From: Clostridiales bacterium
GTDB taxonomy: Bacteria; Bacillota; Clostridia; Christensenellales; Aristaeellaceae
DNA: 64,000 bases
Assembly: GCA_012728815.1 (NCBI GenBank)
Contig: JAAYEI010000045.1
Span: 21,560-85,559, forward strand
Direction of reading: 5' to 3'
Below the pieces are notes generated by a model. That model was not told the DNA's origin. It searched no databases and saw only the letters and a list, made by a program, of their open reading frames with translations. Both the position numbers and the translations under genes were made by a program. Positions within the stretch are counted from its first letter, which is position 1. Each line of letters opens with the position of its first letter. This document shows, piece after piece, positions 56,446-64,000 of the stretch.

Positions 56446-56676
56446 CTATTGCCGCACCTCAAAGCCGCGCTCGCGCAGCTTGTCCAGCACCAGCCCCAGG
56501 TCGATCCCGCGCAGGGCCGCGCCCTTTGGCAGGGTCATGAAGCGGCCCACGCTCCTGAGCATGCCGGGCTTGAGGATGTCCGTGAAGCCCAATTCCCCCA
56601 TCAGCTCTTTGATTTCCGGGTAGGCCTCACACAGGCTGTATACCGAGGCGTTCAAATCGATCCGCTTTTCGTCCAT
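56446..56676 (-). CDS. DUF1858 domain protein (small, function unknown)
   Basis: 76 aa from MDEKRIDLNASVYSLCEAYPEIKELMGELGF (ATG 56676, GGAGGGG upstream). The length and the ..YPE....L...GF......M......TL pattern fit DUF1858. Confidence 0.6.
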   Translation of the reverse strand: MDEKRIDLNASVYSLCEAYPEIKELMGELGFTDILKPGMLRSVGRFMTLPKGAALRGIDLGLVLDKLRERGFEVRQ

Positions 56677-56849
56677 ATCCCCTCCGGCCAGCGTGACCCT
56701 GGTGGGCGGTTCAGGCCGCCCGGTGGCCGCATGGCAGGCCATATGCTAAAGGATATCATGGCGCAAATCAACAGGTCGAGGTTCAGGGCATGACAGATCG
56801 TCAGCCGGACAATGCCGGAACGGTTTTCTCCCGGAAAAGTGCCTGTTTC

Positions 56850-56878
56850 TTGACAGAAGGGGAGCCGGGGACTATAGT
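56850..56878 (+). promoter_or_regulatory. Putative promoter of the surface-glycan locus
   Basis: TTGACA (56850-56855), 17-nt spacer, TATAGT (56873-56878). The leader is about 95 nt to the first start codon. Confidence 0.5.
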
Positions 56879-56972
56879 TGAATGGCTGTGGACGCGGTGT
56901 GTTTCCTGCGCTTGCGGCAAGGCGACCCGTCCGGATGAACCCCAATTTGAACAGATGAGAGATGAAGCAAAC

Positions 56973-58139
56973 ATGGGCATGAAGGATCCGCCGCGGGACC
57001 GGCCGCGCCTCTACCTCTCCTCCCCCACCATGCACGGGGATGAGCAGCGTTTTATCCAGGAAGCCTTTGACAGCAACTGGATTGCCCCGCTGGGCAGGAA
57101 CGTGGATGAGTTTGAGCGCGAGGTGGCGGCCTATGTTGGCGTGCCCTGCGCGGTGGCCCTCATCTCGGGCACCGCGGCGCTGCACCTGGCCGTCAAGCTG
57201 GCCGGGGCAGGCCCCGGGGACCTGGTGTTCTGCTCGGACCTGACCTTCGCCGCCACGGTGAACCCCGTCTCCTATGAAGGCGGGCGGCAGGTCTTTATTG
57301 ACGCGGAGCGCGAGACCTGGAACATGTCCCCGCAGGCGCTGGAAGCCGCCTTCAAAAAATATGACGGCAGCGCGCCGGACCGCCCCCGCCCCAAGGCGGT
57401 CATCGCGGTCAGCCTGTATGGCACGCCCGCCAAGTTTGACGAGCTGAACGCCATCTGTGACCGGCACGGCGTGCCCCTGATTGAGGACGCGGCCGAAAGC
57501 CTGTCCGCCACCTACAAGGGCAGCCAGACAGGCAAGCTGGGCCGCTACGGCATCCTCAGCTTTAACGGCAACAAGATCATCACCACCTCAGGCGGGGGCA
57601 TGCTTCTCACCCATGATGCCGCGTCCGCCCGCAAAGCGCGTTTTTGGGCCACCCAGGCGCGGGACCCTGCCCCCTGGTATGAGCACTCGGAGCTGGGCTA
57701 CAACTACCGCATGAGCAACGTGCTGGCCGGCATCGGCCGGGGACAGCTGCTGCACCTGGAGGCGCACCGGGCGCGCAAGCAGCGCATCTACCAGCGCTAC
57801 AAGCAGGGCCTGCAAGGCCTGCCGCTTGTCATGAACCCCTGCCCGGACAACACCCGGCCCAACCACTGGCTGTCCTGCATCCTGCTGGATGCGGACCTGA
57901 GCCTCACGCCGGAGGACCTCCGCCTGAAGCTGGAGGAATACAACATGGAAGCCCGCCCGCTGTGGAAGCCCATGCACATGCAGCCCTTCTACCAGGGGCA
58001 TGACTTCATCAGCCAGGAGGGCAATGTGGCGGCGGACCTGTTTGAGCGCGGGCTGTGCCTGCCCTCTGACATCAAGATGACCGACGCGCAGCAGGATGAG
58101 GTGATCTCCATCATCCGCGGGCTGCTGGCGCGCGGCTGA
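56973..58139 (+). CDS. DegT/DnrJ/EryC1/StrS-family PLP-dependent sugar aminotransferase (PglE/EpsN-like)
   Basis: LYLSSPTMHGDEQRFIQEAFDSNWIAPLG opening, DAAESL, and the PLP-lysine motif SFNGNKIITTSGGGML. The start is uncertain (ATG 56955, 56973 or 56979; no strong RBS). Confidence 0.85.
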   Translation: MGMKDPPRDRPRLYLSSPTMHGDEQRFIQEAFDSNWIAPLGRNVDEFEREVAAYVGVPCAVALISGTAALHLAVKLAGAGPGDLVFCSDLTFAATVNPVSYEGGRQVFIDAERETWNMSPQALEAAFKKYDGSAPDRPRPKAVIAVSLYGTPAKFDELNAICDRHGVPLIEDAAESLSATYKGSQTGKLGRYGILSFNGNKIITTSGGGMLLTHDAASARKARFWATQARDPAPWYEHSELGYNYRMSNVLAGIGRGQLLHLEAHRARKQRIYQRYKQGLQGLPLVMNPCPDNTRPNHWLSCILLDADLSLTPEDLRLKLEEYNMEARPLWKPMHMQPFYQGHDFISQEGNVAADLFERGLCLPSDIKMTDAQQDEVISIIRGLLARG

Positions 58140-58184
58140 CCCCGGCTGCCTGGGGCGGCACATCACCACCAAAGGAGTTTTTGT

Positions 58185-59494
<1,310 letters not shown>

Positions 59495-59495
<1 letters not shown>

Positions 59496-60478
59496 TGAAG
59501 GGGGCCTTCGCGGGGTTGTTTCCCGCTGACACACGCTTCCTGGTGACCGGCGGCGCCGGCTTCATCGGCTCCAACCTGGCGGAAGCGCTGCTGGACGCCG
59601 GCTATGCCGTGCGCTGCCTGGATGATTTTTCCACCGGCAAGCGCCACAACATCAAGCCCTTTGAGGGCCACCCCCGCTTTGAGCTGCAGGAAGGTGACAT
59701 CCGGGACGCGGACACCTGCCTGGCAGCCTGCAGGGGGGTGGATTATGTCTGCCACCAGGCGGCCTGGGGCAGTGTGCCCCGCAGCATCAAGCTGCCGCTG
59801 CTGTATGAGCAGGTCAACATTCACGGCACCCTGAACATGCTGGAAGCCGCGCGCCAGCAGGGCGTCAAGGCTTTTGTGTATGCCTCCAGCTCCTCCGTCT
59901 ACGGCGATGAGCCCGCCCTGCCAAAGGCCGAGGGCAAGGAGGGCAAGGCCCTGTCACCCTACGCGCTGACCAAGCAGGTCAACGAGGACTACGCCCGCCT
60001 CTACACCAGCCTGTACGGCCTGCCCACCATCGGCCTGCGTTATTTCAACGTCTTTGGCCGCAGGCAGGATCCGGACGGCGCCTATGCCGCGGTCATCCCA
60101 AAATTCATCAAGGCGCTGGCCCAGGGCCAGCCCTGCCTGATCAACGGCGATGGCAGCCAGTCCCGGGATTTCACCTACATTGACAACGTCATCCAGGCCA
60201 ACATCCGCGCCTGCCTGGCACCGGAGGCGGCCTGGGGCCGCGCCTTCAACATCGCCTGTGGCGGCCGGGTCACCCTGCTGGCACTCTACGCCGCGCTGGC
60301 CAAGGCGATGGGCAAGCCGGACACCCCGCCGCAGTTTGGCCCGCCCCGCGCCGGGGACATCCCTCACAGCCACGCTGACATCAGCCAGGCCAGGGCACTG
60401 CTTCATTACGAGCCGCAGCACGATTTTGAAAGCGGGCTTGCGCTGGCCATCGCCTGGTACCGGGAGCACCTGACATGA
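59495..60478 (+). CDS. NAD-dependent nucleotide-sugar 4-epimerase (TviC/WbpP-like extended SDR)
   Basis: ATG 59495 (GGAGG 5 nt upstream; overlaps the upstream stop). VTGGAGFIGSNL, SSSSVYG, SPYALTK (YxxxK), RYFNVFG.RQDP. Confidence 0.85.
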
Positions 60479-61740
60479 CGGTTCCAGCGGCCGCGCGGCA
60501 AGCATCCAGCGCCCAGGGCTGGCGCCTGTTCAACAAAAAGGGCATCCCCTGGTTTGATTACCTGCTCATCATCGGCATCATGATGGCGCCCATGACCGAG
60601 CTGCGCCTGTGGAAGATCGGCCCCTCGGAGCTGCTGTGCTTCATCTGGAGCACCCGCTACCTGGGGCGTTTCATGAACACGCGCATGGACAACCTGCTCA
60701 CCCGCTTCTGGCTGGCCTTCTACCTCACCCTGCTGGCGGGCACCGTCTACTGCCTGTTCCGCTACCCCAGCGAGTCCTCCGGCCTGAACGGGTTGACCAC
60801 CTGGTTTTTCATGATGTACATCTCCTTTGGCGCCTACTACGGGATGAAAGACAGGCGCCGGGAAGAGGTGCTGGCGGTGATGGAGAAGGCGGGGCTGTTT
60901 TCCCTGGTGTGCTTCGCGCTGATGCTGGTATACACCGCCACCGTCTCCCAGTACCTCTTCGGCATCCGGCTGTGGTATGCCGGCAGGCGCTTTGCCGGGG
61001 GCGGCGCCAACCCCCACCAGATGGCCATCCTGTCCCTGTGCCTGGTGTTCTCCTCGCTGTATTTCCTGGCCCGGGTGCCGCTGACGCGCAGAAAGCGCCT
61101 GCTGCACGCGCTGCTGGTGGGCTTTTTCACCTATGTGCTGTTCCTCACCCGCTCCACCACCGCCCTCATGGCGCTATTCACCTCCGGCGCGCTCTACCTG
61201 CTGCTGCTGGTCATCCGCCACAAGCAGGCGGTGCGCGAACGCCAGGCGGTGACCATTGCCCTGCTGTCCCTGATGACGCTGGTGGTGGTGTTTGGCTTTG
61301 CCTGGTTTTTCCAGAAGTTTATGGATTGGGTGGCCAAGGACCCCAACGGCCTGCACCGCTTTGAGCTGTTCGCCTATGTGCGCGACCCCCTCATGAAGAG
61401 CCCCCTGTTTGGCCTGGGGGACGGCACCCACAGCAACGCGGGCATCTCCGAGTTTCACAACACCTACCTGGAGATCATCGGCATGACCGGGCTGATTGGG
61501 GTGGTCATATTCATCATCTTCACCATCCGGCTCATTGGCGCGCTGTCGGTGGACCGCTTTTTGTGGGCGCTGCCCTTTGCGCTGTACATCTATGGCCTGG
61601 CCGGCTTTGGCCTGCGCCGCTTGCCCAACTGGGTGTTCACCGCCTTCATGCTGGCGCTGGCGGACCAGCTGCGGCAACGTAAGCCAGCGCCCGCGCCCAG
61701 GGCGCTGCGGGCCGGGGAGGACCTGCGCGCCCATGGCTAA
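60475..61740 (+). CDS. O-antigen ligase/polymerase-family (Wzy_C-type) membrane protein
   Basis: 421 aa with about 10 or more TM segments and an extracytoplasmic loop carrying ..GLGDGTHSNAGISEFHNTYLEIIGMTGLIG.., typical of the Wzy_C domain. Start overlaps the epimerase stop. Confidence 0.7.
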   Translation: MTVPAAARQASSAQGWRLFNKKGIPWFDYLLIIGIMMAPMTELRLWKIGPSELLCFIWSTRYLGRFMNTRMDNLLTRFWLAFYLTLLAGTVYCLFRYPSESSGLNGLTTWFFMMYISFGAYYGMKDRRREEVLAVMEKAGLFSLVCFALMLVYTATVSQYLFGIRLWYAGRRFAGGGANPHQMAILSLCLVFSSLYFLARVPLTRRKRLLHALLVGFFTYVLFLTRSTTALMALFTSGALYLLLLVIRHKQAVRERQAVTIALLSLMTLVVVFGFAWFFQKFMDWVAKDPNGLHRFELFAYVRDPLMKSPLFGLGDGTHSNAGISEFHNTYLEIIGMTGLIGVVIFIIFTIRLIGALSVDRFLWALPFALYIYGLAGFGLRRLPNWVFTAFMLALADQLRQRKPAPAPRALRAGEDLRAHG

Positions 61741-63037
61741 GATCCTCATCATCAGCACCGCCTTTGCGCCCAAGAATGTGATTGGCAGCATCCGGCCCAC
61801 CAAGCTGGCCAAGTACCTCACCCGCCTGGGGCATGAGGTGGCGGTCATTTCCCCCTACCTGCCCCCGGACGCTCCCCGGGACCAGCTGCTGATGAGCCCT
61901 GAAATCACCCAGCTGGCACAGCTTCAGGTCTCCTATACCCAGCTGCACAACCTGCTGGGCAGCAAGTACCGCCAGGATACCAAGGCCTCGGGCACCGGCG
62001 CCAGCGCCGCCAGGAGCGGCTGGAAGGGCAGCGCCATCGGGCTGTACAAGCATGTCCAGGAGTGGCTCTGGGCCCGCAAGGCCCGCGGGGCGCTGCGGGA
62101 GCTGGCCGGGCAGGAGGGCTTTGACGCGGTCATCTCCACCTACCCCAACTACGGCCCGCACTGGCTGGCCGCCTGGGCGCGGCGCCGTGGCCACGCCAGG
62201 CGCTGGGTGGCGGATTTCCGCGACCCCATGGCCTATGAGTGGCTGGGGCCCCTGCTGGGGCCGGTCAACCGCCGCCTGCAAAGCCAGGCCGAGCGCCAGG
62301 CTGACGCGGTGGTCACGGTGTCCCAGGACCTGATGGAAAAGTTCCCCATCGCGGGTGACGGTGCTCGGCTGCACTGGTTGCCCAACGGCTTTGACCCGGA
62401 GGACCTGCAAGGGCTGGAAGCCCGGGATATGCCCGTGCCCGACCCGCAGTCGCCCCTGGTGTTCTCCTATGCGGGCGGCCTGTACGCCGGCCAGCGGGAC
62501 CTGCGCCCCTTCTTCCTTGCGCTGCGGGAACTGGTGGACGCGGGCGCCCTGCGTGAGGGCGATGTCCGCCTGGACTACGCCGGCGCGGACGGGGCCATCC
62601 TGCGGGGTTACGCCGAGGCTGTGGGGCTTGCGGGCATGGCCCGTGACCTGGGCCTGCTGGTGCGGCGCGAGGCGCTGGCGCTTCAGCAGCGGGCGGACTG
62701 CGCGCTGATTGCCACCCACAACACCAAAACCGACCGGGGCATTCTTACCGGCAAGGTTTATGAGTGCCTGATGATTGGCAACCCCATCCTGGCGCTGGTG
62801 GCGGGCGACGTGCCAAACAGCGAGCTGGGCCAGCTCATCAAGCGCGTCCAGGCGGGCGCGGTGTATGAGGCCGCCCGGCACCAGCAGGACTTCCCCGCGC
62901 TCAAGGCGTTCATCCTGGCGCTGCTGGCGCAAAAGCGGGCCTCAGGCCAGGTTGCCTGGCAGATGGACATGGCGCAGAAGGAAGCCTACACCTACGCGGG
63001 CATCGCCCGCCGGTTCGCTGACCTGGCACAGGTTTAG
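61733..63037 (+). CDS. Glycosyltransferase (GT-B fold, GT4-like)
   Basis: Start at MAKILIISTAFAPKNVIGSIRPTKLAKYL (ATG 61733, overlapping the Wzy-like stop by 8 nt). The N-terminal pattern and the C-terminal ..TGKVYECLM.G.PILAL.. resemble retaining GT4 enzymes. The 513-aa track ORF is over-extended. Confidence 0.7.
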   Translation: MAKILIISTAFAPKNVIGSIRPTKLAKYLTRLGHEVAVISPYLPPDAPRDQLLMSPEITQLAQLQVSYTQLHNLLGSKYRQDTKASGTGASAARSGWKGSAIGLYKHVQEWLWARKARGALRELAGQEGFDAVISTYPNYGPHWLAAWARRRGHARRWVADFRDPMAYEWLGPLLGPVNRRLQSQAERQADAVVTVSQDLMEKFPIAGDGARLHWLPNGFDPEDLQGLEARDMPVPDPQSPLVFSYAGGLYAGQRDLRPFFLALRELVDAGALREGDVRLDYAGADGAILRGYAEAVGLAGMARDLGLLVRREALALQQRADCALIATHNTKTDRGILTGKVYECLMIGNPILALVAGDVPNSELGQLIKRVQAGAVYEAARHQQDFPALKAFILALLAQKRASGQVAWQMDMAQKEAYTYAGIARRFADLAQV

Positions 63038-63090
63038 CCACCAGCCGCCACAGGCGGGACTATCAAGAAGCGGAGCGACACACAGCCAAG

Positions 63091-64000
63091 ATGTCTACCA
63101 TTGAAACGGGCCAGCTGCCGGATTTCAAGCCCCAGACCTCCCGGATGAAGAAGACGGTTGCCCTCGGCCTGGCCACCTTCATCGTCAACCTCACCAAGAT
63201 TGCCCTGGCCGCCCTGCTGGCCCGGGTGCTCACCCTGTCAGACCTGGCGGCCTACAACCAGACGCTGCTGGCCTACCAGACCTTCGTGCCGGTGCTGGGC
63301 CTGGGCATCACCCAGGCCTTGTACTACCTGCTGGCCAACAATGAGAACCGGCAGACCTCCATGGTGCGCGAATGCCTGATGATCCTGGCCATGATGGGCT
63401 TTTTGTATTCCGCCTTCATCCTGGCGGGCGGGCGCTTCTTCCTGGCCCAGCGGGTGAGCAACCCCCAGGTGGCCAATTTGCTGCTGTGGATGGTGCCCCT
63501 GGCCATCTTTGTGACCCCCTCGGAAATCCGCATCCCCATCTGGGTCTACAATGACCGCCTGGTGCTCAACGCCTATTTTTCGGCTTTTTCCAACCTCTTC
63601 AATGTGCTCAGCGTGTTCTTTGTGGCCTGGATCGCCAAGACCGCGGCGGCGGCCGTGGCCACCCATGCCCTGTCCAACATCACCGTGAGCGTGGTGGGCC
63701 TTTACCTGGCCTACCGCATGCTCACCCCGGACAAGGACCGCATGCGCCTGGGCAGCGTGAAGACCATCCTGGCCTTCTCCCTGCCCCTGGGGCTGGCCAC
63801 CATGCTGGGGGCCCTCTCCCATGACCTGGACAAGTGGATCATCTCCTTCATGCGCTCGCCGGAGGAGTATGCCGTCTTCTCCTACGGGGCCTATGAGCTG
63901 CCCTTTATCAACACCCTGTCGGGCATCCTCAGCACCGTCATCATCGTGGACATGGTGGAGTACGCCAAGCGGGAAAACTACAGCATGACCCTGCGCCTGT
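63091..64000 (+). CDS. Polysaccharide flippase (Wzx / MOP superfamily), 5' part, continues beyond the right edge
   Basis: Open frame from ATG 63091 to the window end (not in the ORF track because no stop is reached). It has multiple TM segments and ..KKTVALGLATFIVNLTKIALAALLARVLTLSDLAAYNQ.. is a typical Wzx opening. ATG 63145 is an alternative start. Confidence 0.7.
   Translation, partial: MSTIETGQLPDFKPQTSRMKKTVALGLATFIVNLTKIALAALLARVLTLSDLAAYNQTLLAYQTFVPVLGLGITQALYYLLANNENRQTSMVRECLMILAMMGFLYSAFILAGGRFFLAQRVSNPQVANLLLWMVPLAIFVTPSEIRIPIWVYNDRLVLNAYFSAFSNLFNVLSVFFVAWIAKTAAAAVATHALSNITVSVVGLYLAYRMLTPDKDRMRLGSVKTILAFSLPLGLATMLGALSHDLDKWIISFMRSPEEYAVFSYGAYELPFINTLSGILSTVIIVDMVEYAKRENYSMTLRL

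Noticed and set aside
56879-56972. Checked the glycan-locus leader for an ops/JUMPStart-like element (GGCGGTAGnnTG).
   Set aside because: The closest string, GACGCGGTGTGTTTC, does not match the consensus. In addition, ops is a proteobacterial RfaH signal, so no claim is made.

Overview
The window is a visibly GC-rich stretch (roughly two-thirds G+C by eye, not computed), densely coding, with strong GGAGG-type ribosome-binding sites. Gene content points to a high-GC Clostridia-type Firmicute: split transketolase, PyrK/PyrD type 1B dihydroorotate dehydrogenase, a BMP-family nucleoside ABC importer and a Na+-pumping oxaloacetate decarboxylase. This taxonomic placement is inference only. I can support about 66 protein-coding features. 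I saw no tRNA, rRNA, CRISPR array, transposase, integrase or phage gene.

Modules from left to right:
- FetAB-like exporter, tyrosine phenol-lyase, TypA and a PPi-type phosphofructokinase.
- An OmpR/HisKA two-component system preceded by an unusual secreted repeat protein.
- A GH109-like oxidoreductase, an HD-domain protein, RidA and an ArsC-family protein.
- A Macro-HTH / vWA / ADP-ribosylglycohydrolase trio.
- A CadC-like regulator and a split HMA + P1B-ATPase metal-efflux unit, interrupted by an inverted rubredoxin/ferredoxin pair.
- An MtlD-like dehydrogenase, a flavodoxin-like protein, a PfkB kinase, a UroD-like protein and a NUDIX-GNAT fusion.
- A BMP nucleoside ABC importer, an ABC-2 exporter and an aquaporin.
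- A fucU-SDR-split-transketolase-OYE operon.
- A complete pyrC-K-D-F-E-B-I operon.
- A DUF1275 protein and a Gate-domain membrane protein with a disrupted 5' end.
- LacI + GH127, followed by an ABC-permease remnant.
- citC and citXG with oadG-BCCP-oadB-oadA, but no citDEF.
- A surface-glycan locus (DegT aminotransferase, TviB/TviC-like pair, Wzy-like, GT4, Wzx) that runs off the right edge.

The candidates I consider most worth follow-up are:
- the Macro/vWA/ARH trio;
- the secreted Cys-containing triple DxDxDG-repeat protein coupled to the two-component system;
- the rubredoxin-bracketed protein and its ferredoxin partner inside the metal-resistance unit;
- the orphan cit accessory genes with an uncharacterised barrel-like protein.

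None of these is proven to be a new system from sequence alone. All family assignments rest on motif and sequence recognition from memory, not on database searches.
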